NCBI RefSeq assembly: GCF_006345805.1 | Contig: NC_043024.1 | Span: forward strand, 5,518,001-5,582,000 | DNA from: Octopus sinensis | Taxonomy: Eukaryota | Direction of reading: 5' to 3' | Length of the DNA stretch: 64,000 nt | Shown: piece after piece, positions 11,249 through 24,391 of the stretch | How positions within the stretch are numbered: position 1 is the stretch's first letter | Layout: each line of letters starts with the position of its first letter | The notes under the pieces: generated by a model | Databases searched by the model: none | Told to the model about the DNA's origin: nothing | The model's input: only the letters and a program-made list of their open reading frames with translations | Program-made: the position numbers and the translations under genes

Positions 11249-12061
11249 CATTCCTTCAGAAGGACAAGCTTGTACCTCAGGAAAATCTCTACACATGATT
11301 GAAACTATATTATAAAGACATCCACAGAATACAGAAACTATATGAATGTGACATCTATGGTAAATCTTTGACATGAAATCATCCATTATTGAATCAAGAG
11401 AGCATTGACAGAGGAAGGAAAACATATCACTGTGATGTTAAACCTGAATCATTCTTTCAAAATGGTGAATTGTTTGTACACAGTCCTATTAATATGAAAG
11501 ATATAACTGTAACCTAAGCTATTCGTGCTAAATCAATCTACGAAAATGAATCAATTATTGAAATGTAAATGCATTCATACAGAAGAGGAACACGATGATG
11601 ATGATCCTCATCATTTAACATTCTCCTATTCATGCTTCTGTGGATCAGATGGAATTCATTGATGCAGATTTTCTACATCTGGGTCCCTTTCTTGTGACCA
11701 ATCCCCACCTGTTTCCAAGCAAGGAAATATTTTCCCTGGTGCGACGTATTTTACGCAGAGGACTGGAAGTGTACAACTGCACAAGTATGACGGTCATGAT
11801 GGCCCTTTACGAACATCACATAATATCTGGACAAGGGTACACACACACACACATATGTATGTCTGAAGAATTTTTTATAGGAAATATCTTACATGTTCTC
11901 TACGCATCTAAAAGTTTATAATTCCTATTAGGAAATGAAACATATGTAATGCTGAATAAATAATATCAAACGTTTCTCCGGTCTCCTTATGTGTTATGTA
12001 ATTATCTTGCAAAAAATATTATCCAAACCTCCCGCAAAAATGATACACACATACATACACA

Positions 12062-12358
12062 TATCTCTTTACTCTCTTACTTGTTTCGGTCATTTGATTG
12101 TGGCCATGCTGGAGCACCACCTTTAGTCAAGCAAATCGACCTCAGAACTTTACTTTTAAGCCTAATACTTATTCTATCGGTCTCTTTTGCAGAACCGCTA
12201 AGTTACGTGGACATAAACATACCAGCATCAGTTGTCAAGCGATGTTTGGGGGGACAAACACAGAAACATATACATATATATATTTATACATATATACAAC
12301 CCACTTCTTTTTAGTTTCCATCTACCAAATCCACTCACAAGGCTTTGGTTGGCCTGAC
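12062..12358 (-). mobile_element. tRNA-derived SINE (octopus OK/OR-like), 5' truncated
   Basis: Reverse complement of the 3' two-thirds of the SINE at 32288-32645. Family name from recollection only. Confidence 0.7.
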
Positions 12359-12391
12359 ACACAAGCTGGTTATCATATATATATATATGTA

Positions 12392-13851
12392 TAGATCAGG
12401 CAATGAAGGTCATGGAAAGGGTCATAGCCTAACTAATTAGGGAGTCAGTTTAGAGGAGATTCAGTTTGGGTTTGTGCCAGGGAAAAGCACCACTGATGCT
12501 ATATTTCTGGTAAGACAGCTGCAGGAGAAATACCTAGCCAAAGATGAACCTCTGTACCTGGCTTTCGTTGACATGGAGAAAGCCTTTGACAGGGTCCCCT
12601 GATCCCTTATCTGGTTGTCAATGAGGAAACTAGGGAAAGATGAATGGTTAGTGAGAGCTGTTTAAGCCATTTACAGGGACACTGTCAGTAAGGTGAGGGT
12701 TGGCAACGAGTGCAGTGAAGAATTCCGGGTAGAGGTAGGGGTCCACTAAGGTTCAGTCCTTAGCCCCCTCCTATTTATCATAGTCCTCCAGGCAATAACA
12801 GAGTAATTCAAGACAGGATGTCCCTGGGCAAAGTTCAGACTGCTCTTACCTCTGCTGGTGATAAAGGGCCTCTCGCTCGGAGTAAAAGATGTCTGACATG
12901 TGTACGAACAGCCATGCTACATGGCAGTGAAACATGGGCTGTGACTGCTGAGGACATGCGTAAGCTCACAAGGAATGAAGCCAGTATGCTCCGATGGATG
13001 TGTAATGTCAGTGTACATACTCGACAGAATGCAAGTGCCTTGAGAGAAAAGTTGGACCCAAGAAGCATCAGATGTAGTGTGCAAGAGTGACAACTGAGCC
13101 GGTATGGTCATGTGGCAAGAATGGATGAGGATAGCTGTGTGAAAAAGTGCCACACCCTAGCGGTTGAGGGAACCTGTGGAAGAGGTAAACCCAGGAAGAC
13201 CTGGGATGAAGTGGTGAAGCATGACCTTCGAATATTAGGTCTCACCAAGACAATGACTAGTGACCGAGATGTGCTTGAGAAGACCCGGCAAGCCAAATGA
13301 GACCAGAACCTTGTGGCCTATGCCAAGGGTGTAACCAGCCCACTTATGCGTACCTTTCCTTCATTGGACACTAAACTCTGCTTGCAAAGACCTGTTTAGG
13401 CAAGTGAAATCGAATTCGAAGACTGGCATCCGTGCTAGTGGAGCGCTAAGAGTACCATACGAGTGTGATCGTTGCCAGAGCAGCAAACTGGCTTCCGTGC
13501 CAGTGGCATGTAAAAAGCACCATTCAAGCATGATTGTTACCAGCGTCGCCTTACTGGCACTTGTTCAGGTGGCACGTGAAAAAACATTCGATTGAGGTTG
13601 TGGCCAGCGTCGCTGGACTGGCTCCTGTGCAGGTGGCACATAAAAAAAGGACCACTTGAGTGTTGCCGGTGGCATATAAAAGCACCCACTACACTCTCGG
13701 AGTGGTTGGCGTTAGGAAGGGCATCCAGCTGTAGAAGCTCTGCCAGATCAAGATTGGTGCCCATACAGCCATCTGGGTCGCCAGTCCTCAGTCAAATTGT
13801 CCAACCTATGCTAGCATGGAAAGCGGACGTTAAACGATGATGATGATGATG
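12392..13851 (+). mobile_element. RTE-clade LINE, 5' truncated and degraded (RT to 3' tail)
   Basis: Homologous to the RT region of the 40.5-44.5 kb copy, with stops and a deletion; ends AACGATGATGATGATGAT; the 5' flank is (TA)n. Confidence 0.85.
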
Positions 13852-13935
13852 ACAACATAAAAATTATAATGATGAAGAAGACTAAGGAATATGAGGTAGG
13901 GGGGATCTTTTTATTTGGCAGTTGCTTTCCAATTG

Positions 13936-14219
13936 GAGTTAGTTCCCCTTGTTCATAGTTAATTCTTCCTCCTGTTTCTCGCGCACCTTAATTGTTTGAT
14001 CAGTTCCACTTTACGACTGATATTTAAGAGAAAATCCAATCAAATATATACAAATGATTGGTAATTAAATGTCTAAAGAAGCAGATGCAGCATTTTTTTA
14101 TTATGTGGACCTACAAAATATGAAGTAACGTTCGTTGGAAAAAGGAAGAAATTCTCTTGAAGCTGTCAGTGTCCGCTCTGACTCGTTGACTCTCTCTTTA
14201 TATCAATTACTATGTAAGT
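13936..14219 (+). promoter_or_regulatory. Putative promoter and first exon of ZNF copy 3
   Basis: CCAAT at 14036, ATTGG at 14057, TCAGT Inr-like motif, donor GTAAGT at 14214. Confidence 0.55.
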
Positions 14220-17044
14220 ATTATAAAGACATTTCTATTGTATTAAGTGTCATATTACGTACATCTGTTTGTTTCCATGTTGAATAAGTCAAAAGAAAGA
14301 ATCTCAATAAACAAAGACGAAATTATATAAAAGTAAGGCTGTTCTTTTAATACTTTCATTGTGTTATCCCTTCTCTTTTAGATATTTCATCGCACTTGTG
14401 TCTACGCCTTCCGGATCGCCGTTATATCCTATATTTATTAATGTCAGATTAATACCTCGTTTAGATAAAATTCCTCTTTCTTTTTGACATGTAAATTGGA
14501 CAATTTAGTTAAATGCGGGAAAATTACGATGTAATTTGTAAGAAAAGTTGGGGTGTGTATAAAAGTACGAGTCTGCACTTGAATTACTGAAACGAAAAGC
14601 AAATAGTTTACAGACGAAATGAAAGGGCTTTGAATTGAAACACTAGAAAGTACCTAATTTGACCAAAAATAAATATAAAAACCCGTTTATATAATATTTT
14701 ATTCGAAAATTAGTAGTGAAGCTATTAAAAAAAAATATCGACACGACATATAAAATGAAGGCTGATGGCCATTGTTTAAAAACTATCGCCTTGTGAAATT
14801 TTACAAGGTCTTTGGTTGGGGACAAGGAAAAAGTGCGTGGTTTAAGGGAGATTTGGCTGTTGTTTCTAGTACGTGCAGGACCACCCTCGTTTTACTTTGA
14901 AATGTCTATTGATGTTTTTCAATATTACGCCCCATTAAAAGTACTTACACTAAAAAGAACAAGAGAAAAATTAAAAGGCGGACCGTCACCATAACCTCAT
15001 TTCGTTTCATTTCGTTTTTTAGCAACCCACATTTTCAGGTAGGGAGATACCGAATGTAAAAAAAAAATTTGCCTTTCACCTCTCCAAATTCATTTTCACT
15101 CTTTTCAGAATCTTTTGGGGTTTTTTTTTTGTAAAATACGTGGAAAAATGCTGAGATTATGTTTCGTTTTTGGATTTGGTTTGCAAGATTCTTTATATGA
15201 GTTCGTGTGTTGAAGCATATTTTAGTGTGTCTGGGGGAGAGTCACTTTCTTTTTGTGCCTTATAATTTAACACACTCACCAGTAAAATTTCCCCTTATTT
15301 TCATTTTCCTAAAATTTTCGTTGCATCTTTTAACTTTTTCATTAGACTTGATTATGATTCTGAAGCAAATTCAATTTTCAAAAATAAAAATAATATCCCC
15401 CTTCCCCCTTGCCAAAGCAGGGCATATACAGGGTGTTTTTTAGACTCTTCCCGTTATTACGCATGCGTAGATGTTTTCTATCTGTGCATTAAATCGGCTT
15501 TGAAGCAGCTTCTCCTCATGCTAGAAATAACAGCCAAATCTCCGACAAACACTACATACTTTGTAGGCAATCCTACACAATTGTACCCCATCGACTTCGT
15601 GAAATTTGTGCTCCTTATGAAACTTTATCGCATTAATTATTAAGCATTAATGTTTTGTTTCTCATAAAATGGTGTATTTTTAATTTACATTAAATTATTA
15701 TTTAAGGCAAACACAACCCGCAAATTCTTGTCAATTTAATGTTCTTGTATTTAATTTCGATTTGCATATGTTCGTCAATTCGCTACGTTCTCTCTAAAGG
15801 AAATAAAATCAAAAATTTAAATTGGTGGGGATGAAATTATTTAAATTTTTATTATTATTATTATTTTTTTTTTTTGCATATTCGTAATTTCCGACATCTA
15901 CAACGTAGGAATTCGCGAAAATTTTTTCGATATAATGCATTTTTCAACGAGTGGTTCCAAAACTGCATTAGCCCCGTTTCAGGATCTAGTTTAGCACAGA
16001 GTCAGCAAAACGATTTAAAAAAAAAAATCTACCTGGAAAAAACACGGAGATTAAGAATATGGGGGAACAAAAACAAATTTTAATTTAAAATGGAAAACTC
16101 CAAACTTGATCCCCCTCTCTTCCTCGCCACCCAATCCTTGTTTTGTCCGATTCTGAAGGCGTAGATTTATAGTGAAACAGCAAAAGGATCACGGAATGGG
16201 AAGCCCTCATCACGAAACTCGATATACATCAGAAATTCCCCAAGAAAGAGTTTGACGGTGCTAATCAGACATCAAGTATTCGTTCTTTACTGAATTTTCT
16301 TCATGTTTAATGTTCCACAAAATATTGACAGTAAACTTCCCATATCCAAACCTGTGTTGATGTGATAGAAGACTGAAATGAAAACATCAGATGTCTAGTA
16401 TCACTAACATGTATATTGGTGTGTGTGTGTGTGTCTGGGAGTTATTATTATAATACATGTGTCCACTCTATGATATAAACTTCTTAAAAATGATGAGATC
16501 GGATAAGTTTAATACTTCTACAATTTAGCAAAATAGAAGGGTTATAAATTTGCACTTTTGAATATCTACCTTTTAAACATACTTGATGTCTTATATTATT
16601 TCTTCTATTCTTTCAGAAAATCCCATGAAATTGGCTAAAAAGTATTTTTTACTTTTAAAGAATCATCAATATGTATCATGTTTGAAAGACTCTGCAAAAA
16701 TATTCTACAAACGTATAATCCTGCTTCTATAGAACATTGCTGAATTACAGTAAAATATTTCCTCTGAGAGAGAAAGCATTTCTTTACTTCTGTGTCTGAA
16801 ATGTGCAAGAGATAATTTTCTCTTTTAAATATACTTTGATAGATTTACAAAAATATTTGTAACATTTTTAAATATTGGCAATGATCACATTTTGAAGAAA
16901 TATAAGAGAAGTGATATTTGTTTGGAATAAACTATAAAAGCAAAAAGAAGAAAAATATCCATAAATTTTGGTGAGAGGAGAGAAATGATTGAAAATTTGT
17001 TGATCTGTACAACTTGAAGGATTGATTTTATTTTTCTTGAAGAG

Positions 17045-18250
17045 ATGTCGGAAGAATTAAGAAAATCATCATATGATTGTGACATCTGCAAAGAGTCGTT
17101 CTTAGAAGAAAGTAAATTCAATCAACACAAACAAATTCATACAGGGGAGAAACCATATCACTGTACTGTCTGTGGTAAATCATTGTCTGACAGGAGTAGC
17201 TTTGCTCGTCACAAACGTATTCATACGGGGGAGAAACCTTATCACTGTAGTATCTGCGGTAAATCATTCTCGAATGACGGTCACTTAGCTCAACACAAAC
17301 GTACTCATACAGGAGAGAGACCTTATCCTTGTGATATCTGTGGTGAATCCTTCTCTGCTGGCAGTAGCTTAACTCGTCATAAACGTATTCATACAGGAGA
17401 GAAACCATTTCCTTGTGATGTATGTGGTAAATCTTTCCCTGAAAACTGTAGCTTAACTCAACACAAACGTATTCATACAGGGGAGAAGCCATATCATTGT
17501 AGTATCTGTGGTAAATCATTCACTAATGACAGTCACTTAATTCGACATATACGTATCCATACAGGAGAGAAACCTTATCCCTGCGATATCTGTGGTGAAT
17601 CGTTCTCTGTTGGCAGTAGCTTAACTCGTCATAAACGTATCCATACAGGAGAGAAACCATTTCCTTGTGATGTATGTGGTAAATCTTTCACTGAAAAGAG
17701 TGGCTTAACTAAACACAAACGTATTCATACAGGGGAGAAACCATATCCCTGTGATATCTGTGGTGAATCATTCTCTCGTAGTTATAGCTTAGATATTCAC
17801 AAACAAATCCATACAGGTGACAAAAAATACCACTGTGATACCTGTGGTAAATCATTTTCTGCTGGCAGTAGATTAACTACACACAAACTAATTCATTTAG
17901 GGGAGAAGCCATATCACTGTGATATCTGTGGCAAATCATTCAGTCAGACAGGTAATTTAACTAGACACAAACGCATTCATACAGGTGAACAACCATATCG
18001 CTGTGATACCTGTGGTAAATCTTTCAGTCAGGCAGGTAACTTAGCTACACACAAACGTATTCATACAGGTGAGCAACCATATGATTGCGATGTCTGTGGC
18101 AAATCATTCTCTGAAAAGGGTATTTTAACGACACACAAACTTATTCATACTGGTGTAAAGCCATATCATTGTGATATTTGCAGTAAATCATTCTCACAAA
18201 AACATCAATTAATTAAACACAAGTGCATTCGTTATGCAAAGGATCCATAG
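17045..18250 (+). CDS. C2H2 zinc-finger protein, copy 3 (401 aa, 14 units)
   Basis: Uninterrupted ORF ending KHKCIRYAKDP*; acceptor AG at 16615-16616. Confidence 0.93.
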   Translation: MSEELRKSSYDCDICKESFLEESKFNQHKQIHTGEKPYHCTVCGKSLSDRSSFARHKRIHTGEKPYHCSICGKSFSNDGHLAQHKRTHTGERPYPCDICGESFSAGSSLTRHKRIHTGEKPFPCDVCGKSFPENCSLTQHKRIHTGEKPYHCSICGKSFTNDSHLIRHIRIHTGEKPYPCDICGESFSVGSSLTRHKRIHTGEKPFPCDVCGKSFTEKSGLTKHKRIHTGEKPYPCDICGESFSRSYSLDIHKQIHTGDKKYHCDTCGKSFSAGSRLTTHKLIHLGEKPYHCDICGKSFSQTGNLTRHKRIHTGEQPYRCDTCGKSFSQAGNLATHKRIHTGEQPYDCDVCGKSFSEKGILTTHKLIHTGVKPYHCDICSKSFSQKHQLIKHKCIRYAKDP

Positions 18251-20317
18251 CACAGTGACATTTCTTGTATAACATTCCCCGAGGAAAACCTTTAGACTTG
18301 ATTGAAACGATGTTATGAATGTGATATCTCTAGTAAATCTTTCATCTCAGATCATCCATCATTGAATCAAAAGAGCATTGACAGAGGAAGGAAAACCTAT
18401 CACTGTGATGTTAAACCTGAATCATTCTTTCAAAATGGTGAATTGTTTGTACACAGTCCTATTAATATGAAAGATATAACTGTAACCTAAGCTATTTGTG
18501 CTAAATCAATCTATGAAAATGATCAATTATTGAAATGTAAATGCATTCATACAGAAGAGGAACCACGATGATGATGATCCTCATCATTTAACATTCTCCT
18601 ATTCATGCTTCTGTGGATCAGATGGAATTCATTGATGGAGATTTTCTTCAGCTAGATGCTTTCCTTTCACCAACCTGTTTCTAGGTAAGGACATATTTTC
18701 CCTGGTGAGACATTTTTGACTCAGAAGACTGGAAATGAACAACTGCACAAGTATGACGGTCATGATGGCCATTTACGAGCATAATATACAATCTGGACAA
18801 GGGTACACACACAAACACTGACACACATGTTCAAAGATTTACTTGTTTTCTCTACATGTAAAAGTTTGTGATTCCTATTAGGAAATGAAACACATGTAAT
18901 GCTGAATAAATAATATCAAACTTTTCTCCAGTCTCTTTATGTGATTTGTAATTACTCTGCAAATATTATCCAAACCTCCCACAAAAATAATACACACACA
19001 CACACACACACACACAGATGTGGTGGTGAGTGCATAGTGAAAACGGTTTTGTCTTTTCATTGAAATAAATTTTTGTATCACCTACAAATTGAAATTTGTA
19101 TTGGCTCTGACCCATCACCTTGGCTTATAAGTTACCAATGATGTGGTTTTCAGTGTATACCATGTTACGTTAAATTTTTACTCATAAGAAATTGTGACTC
19201 CTATATTTTACTATACAATTTTTGTTTTCTAGAAGAAAAATTTGACCATTTCAATTTCAAAATGTAATTTTATTTGTTTATGGTCAAAATAGAAAAATAA
19301 GAGTGAATATTTATTGTATGAGAGCTGAGTGTATAAAATTGTGCATAAAATATATAAGCTATATGAAGTGCATTGTGTCATTATTACATTCCAATTTCCT
19401 TCACTTTTCAATGAATAAGAGATGGGTGACTATCTTTTGATACAGACACAACACAGGCTACACTTTCGAGGTTTTAGATAAAGTTTTCAGAAATAACCGA
19501 ATAGGTTTGCTATTAATTTCATGAAATATTCACGGGTCCCACTAGTTTAAGAGCATCATGTGGTCAGCTGAAGGGAGAGGTAAAGAATGAGAGGAAATGT
19601 GGGAGGGAGAAGTGTTAATGATATGTGGTGTGGTGAGGAAGGAATACTTATTATTTGGTTAACAGGTTAGCTGAAGGGAAAAATGAAGAGAAAGAGATAT
19701 GTTTAGGATACATTATTTGTAAGAGAGTGAGGTTAAAGAGAAGTAAATAGAAAGAGATGGACAGTGGAGGCAGATAGGGTTTGTATTGTTAAAAGTTGAT
19801 ATCATCAAAGACCTGAAATGAAATAAATTTTGTTCCTGAAACTTATAGTGATGATGATGGTGGTGGTGTGGTGATCGTGAAAAATCTTAGGGGAAAATGC
19901 TTAGCTGTGATTCTTCTGACATTACATTTGCATTTAAATTCATCCAAAGTGGACTTTGTCCTACATCCAGAGATGGGTTTGATGAAAAGAAGCCCCTTTT
20001 GAGCAATGGTGTTGAGATAATCAATTCAACACTTCCTTTGGAATTGCTGGCCTTGTGCCAATATTTGGAAACTATTCCAATGTCTTCGCTCTCACCCGTG
20101 GAAATGCCATGACCATGTTGGCTTCTTCCTGGAGGTCCCATGGAACGTTGTACTGTGCAACCAATTGAGGAACTTGTTGAATGGGTGTTTGTTTTGATGT
20201 TTTATTTTTCCTTTTCTATTTTTTTGTTTCTTCCTCTTTTCCCATTTTCAGTTTTGGATTTTGGATAAACAGCTGAAAGATTATATAAATATGTATTTAT
20301 AGAATTAGTAAAGACAT

Positions 20318-20617
20318 AAAGCACAGCTCCCTTAACTTTCGGAAACATTCTTTCACACTAAGAGTTGCTGAAGCATGGAACAAACTGCCGGCATCAGTTG
20401 TTAGTTGTTGGAGCACTGCATCCTTCAAAACTTCCATGCTTCCTGAGATTTGCCAACACTACACCTTATTTTCTCCCCTCCATACACACGCAAGCATGTA
20501 TCTGACTCATACACTGTTCCCTTTCCAGACATTTGTACATTACTGCATATACTTTATATGCACTTTCTGACAAGCTGTGGTGCACCTGAGTACTGTATAC
20601 AATAATTTCATTATTAT
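20318..20617 (+). mobile_element. 3' end of a CR1/L2-type LINE (second family) with ATT tail
   Basis: Degenerate HSFTLRVAEAWNKLPA C-terminal motif plus 3' UTR; near-identical copies at 21661-21927 and 39532-39965. Confidence 0.7.
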
Positions 20618-21660
20618 AAGTTCTGAAAAGATACAGAGCAACAAAAAAGTGAATCAACACTGTGTCTGGTGAAAGGGTATTGGTTTAAAAATATACAAGA
20701 AATTATAACAATGAAGACTAAGGAATATGAAGGAGGTAAGGTGGATCTTTTTTGAACTCTAGTTTGACTGTAATTGATTTTATATTTGGTGTATTGTTGT
20801 AGTTTTCTAAGGTAATCATTGACATGAAATTCATTTTTGCTAAAAATCAATAAAGTGTTAATAGCTTTTAAAGCTTGCAATTTTGTGTAATTTTAGCCTC
20901 TTGAAATCTGCAGACATATAGGTGACTGTTACCATAGTAACAAGCCAAGCTGTTACCAAGTTAGTCTAGCACATGTTCTTTTTGTGGCTTATTATATGCT
21001 GAAAACACATGCTCTATGGAGTAGTCATGAGATGTGCTAAAAATAACAGCTAAATACGTCATAAATCCTGCACCCAAATCTTAATATCTTTGGATCTTGC
21101 CTTTTCTTGGGTAACTCAATTAATTTTCTTTAACTAAACACCTTGAAATTTTATATACTGGCAGAATATGTCTTATAGAACATCTTTTACTCTTAGCGTT
21201 GTTGAGAAAAATTTCTATTTTCGAAATTATTTAGTGTTAAAATTGCCGTATTTCGGTAATTTCAACCAATCATTGACGTGTATTCAGCTGAAGAAAATTA
21301 CTGGTGTTGTTACCAACTATCAGCGGTGTATATTTTGTCTGCCACTTTCATTTATGACATCGTTCGGGCGTTTGTACTGGGTTTACCTTTAAGGAACATT
21401 ACAACAATTTCTCTACTTAGGATTAGGTTGTTAGGGTTACGGTGAGGATTAGGGTTTTAGGTTTAGGGTTACAGAAAAAGTGAAAAAGGAAAAAATTGGA
21501 GCAGTAGAAATGCAGAAACGATTATGGTGCTGACACACCCTGGTTTATTCATACGAACATAACTGAGATGGAATATGTCATAAATAACAGTGACAAACGA
21601 AAGACTTAGGACTCATTGAATGTTTTAAGTTCTCACAAAAAAAAGAAAAAAAACAATCAT

Positions 21661-21927
21661 GCTGAGAGTTGCTGAAGCATGGAACAAACTGCCGGCATCA
21701 GTTGTTAGTTGTGGGAGCACTGCATCCTTCAAAACTTCCATGCTTCCTGAGATTCGCCAACACTACACCTGATTTTCTCCCCTCCATACACACGCAAGCA
21801 TGTATCTGACTCATACACTGTTCGCTTCCCAGACATTTGTACATTACTGCATATACTTTATATGCACTTTCTGACAAGCTGTGGTGCACTTGAGCACTGT
21901 ATACAATAATTTCATTATTATTATTAT
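21661..21927 (+). mobile_element. 3' end of a CR1/L2-type LINE with (ATT)n tail
   Basis: Same sequence as 20318-20617, ending TTCATTATTATTATTAT. Confidence 0.7.
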
Positions 21928-21929
21928 AA

Positions 21930-22109
21930 TCGATAAACTGATTCCTTATGGTATTTCCCAATCAAATTGCCTGCGATCCTACTTTTGCCAACTTCATCAG
22001 ATTTCGCTCAAATGTGATGTCATTGTCACTTATTTTGGTTTGAAGTAAAGCGCTTCATCACTTAACGATCCTAACTTAATACCGAGCAACGCCGGGTTAT
22101 ACTGTTACT
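21930..22109 (+). mobile_element. Helitron 3' terminal fragment, paralogous to about 6370-6560
   Basis: Same CCGAGCAACGCCGGGTTATACTG end at 22082, at the same position upstream of the promoter module. Confidence 0.55.
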
Positions 22110-22148
22110 CAAATATATATCAGTAAAGCCGTTAATATTTGAAGACAA

Positions 22149-22369
22149 GAGTTAGTTCCCCTTGTTAACTCTTCCTAATTTGTATTCTTCCTCCAGTTTC
22201 TCGCGCACCTTGATTGTTTGATCACTTTCACTTTCAAACTGATATTTAAGAGAAAACCCAATCAAAACTATACAAATGATTGGTAATTAAATGTCTAAAC
22301 AAACAGTTTCAGCATTTTTATTATGTTGACCTGCAAAATATGAATTAACGTTCGTTGGAAAGAGTAAGT
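22149..22369 (+). promoter_or_regulatory. Putative promoter module of ZNF copy 4, internally deleted
   Basis: CCAAT at 22258 and its ATTGG partner are retained; the TCAGT/first-exon segment seen in the other modules is missing; GTAAGT at 22364. Confidence 0.45.
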
Positions 22370-22806
22370 ATCATTGTGTTATCCCTTCTCTTTTAGATAT
22401 TTCATCGCATTTGTGGTTACGCCTTCCGGATCGCCGTTATTTCCTATATTTCTTAATGTCAGAATAATACCTCGTTCAGATAAAATTCCTCTTTCTTTTT
22501 GACTTGTAAATTGGACAATTTAGTTAAATGCGGGTAAATTACGATGTAATTTGTAAGAAAAGATGGGGAATGTATAAAAGTACGAATGTGCACTTGAATT
22601 ACTGAAACAAAAAGCAAATATCGTTTACAGACGAAATGAAAGGGCTTTGAATTGAAACACTAGAAAGTACCTAATCTGACCAAAAATAAATACAAAAAAT
22701 CCTTTTACTCGAAAATTAGTAGAGAAGATACGAAAAATATCGACACGACGAAACTATCGCCTTGTGAAATTTAGTTTACTCATATCAGTCACTAATAACT
22801 CAATTT

Positions 22807-23216
22807 GGATCTTTTCGGTTTGAACGGCAGTTTTTTCTAGTGGTGTCATATGAAATTGTCACCCATAATTATGACCCTAGTATCGATCTATTGCATTTCA
22901 ATCTGTTTTAGGGTTAGGGGTGGTGGGAAGGGTATCTTTTTTCTTCAGAAATGTAAATAAACCCAATCTGTTTCTTAAACGAGGGACATATTCATACGGC
23001 ACAGAATGTTTTCACCTCAATAGACGTCACTGATTGGTTGAAATTGCAGAAATTGAAGAAGAAAAACAACAAATATCTTACAAACTATAGAATTTTCTCA
23101 ATAAAGCCAAGAGAAAAAAAGCTTTTATAAACACATTCTACCAGTATACGAAATTTAAAAGTGTTTAGTTTCATGGAAATTATTTTAAAAAACTGCCGTT
23201 CAAACCGAAAAGATCC
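22807..23216. mobile_element. Complete 410-bp MITE (Merlin- or hAT-type)
   Basis: TIRs GGATCTTTTCGGTTTGAACGGCAGTTTT / AAAACTGCCGTTCAAACCGAAAAGATCC; 8-bp TSD CTCAATTT at 22799-22806 and 23217-23224. Confidence 0.9.
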
Positions 23217-23565
23217 CTCAATTTTTGTGCTTGAAGCCTTATAAACATTTCTATGTCCATTAAAATATGTAGACATTATAATAATCAAAAATCTTTGAGA
23301 ATGGTTTTAAGCGTGTGTTGGGATTTGGGTTTTGATTGCTGCACTGCGACTGTGTGGAGTTCTCTTCTGTTTTGCAGACGACATGTTCAGCTTTGGTTTT
23401 AGGGAGTCAAGAATGTAGCAACTCGCTGCAAAAAAATATTATTGCATTGAAGTGTCGTTTTGCTTACAATTTAGCAATCTTTGTATTGTATATTGATGCA
23501 TTTTTCAGTCGATTGAAACCTTTTAAACTTTGATATTCGAGTTTGGGTTTATAACAGTGTAGTCT

Positions 23566-23812
23566 GGTGTAGGTATATGGTCTAGTGGTTAGAGCAGTGG
23601 ACTCGCGGTCTAGGAATCGCGGGTTCAAATCTCAGACCGAGCGAAACACCTAACCTCCACGCAGCTCTGGCTGACCCTTACACTACAACTTTCTCACTTT
23701 TTCCTCCTGCAACTTGCAGCTTACCTGCTACGGACTAGCGTCCCATCCAGGTGGAGAACCTACATGCCAAGGAAACCGGCTCTTATGAGCCTGGCATGGC
23801 TCGAGAAGGAAC
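23566..23812 (+). mobile_element. tRNA-derived SINE in the intron of copy 4
   Basis: A-box TGGTCTAGTGG, B-box GGTTCAAATC; 13-bp TSD AACAGTGT(A/G)GTCT at 23553-23565 and 23813-23825. Confidence 0.8.
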
Positions 23813-24391
23813 AACAGTGTGGTCTACTCCCTGATATAAACCTCTTGAAAACAGAGAGATGGGATAAGTTTAATAGTTCAGATAAAGGATTGCTTCTACA
23901 ATTTATGAAATCAGAAATGTCGTAAATTTGCACTTTTGAATATCTGCCTTTTAAACATACCTGATGTCTTATATTATTTTTTCTATTCTTTCAGAAAATC
24001 ACATGAAATTGGCTAAAAAGTATTTTTTACTTTTAAAGAATCATCAATATGTATCATGTTTGAAAGACTCTGCAAAGATATTCTACAAACATATAATCCT
24101 GCTTCTATAAAACATTGCTGAATTACAGTAAAATATTTCCTCTGAGAGAGAAAGCATTTCTTTACTTCTGTGTCTGAAATGTGCAAGAGATAATTTTCTC
24201 TTTTAAATATACTTTGATGGATTTCCAAAGAGTATTTGCGACATTTTTAAATATTGGCATTGATCACATTTAGATAAACTATAAAAACGAAAAGAAGCAA
24301 AATATCCATATATTTTGGTGAGAGGAGAAATATTTTTGAAAAGTTGTTGATCTGTACAACTTGAAGAATCGATTTTATTATTCTTGAAGAG

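Noticed and set aside
11640-11921. Recurrent small ORF MEFIDGDFL...YEHHIISG behind the ZF exons (also 26009, 31835, 4)
   Set aside because: Open in only about three of seven copies, frameshifted or stopped in the others, and of variable length; recurrence is explained by unit duplication.
17118-17519. Recurrent antisense ORFs [23 protein letters not shown] (also 3919, 24465, 30184, 54105)
   Set aside because: Reverse-strand shadows of the zinc-finger repeat.
21418-21472. TTAGGG-like interstitial telomere
   Set aside because: Short and degenerate; similar GGTTAGGG motifs occur inside the local MITE.
23566-23645. Possible tRNA gene
   Set aside because: The tRNA-like head continues into a SINE body flanked by a 13-bp TSD; the cloverleaf is not intact.
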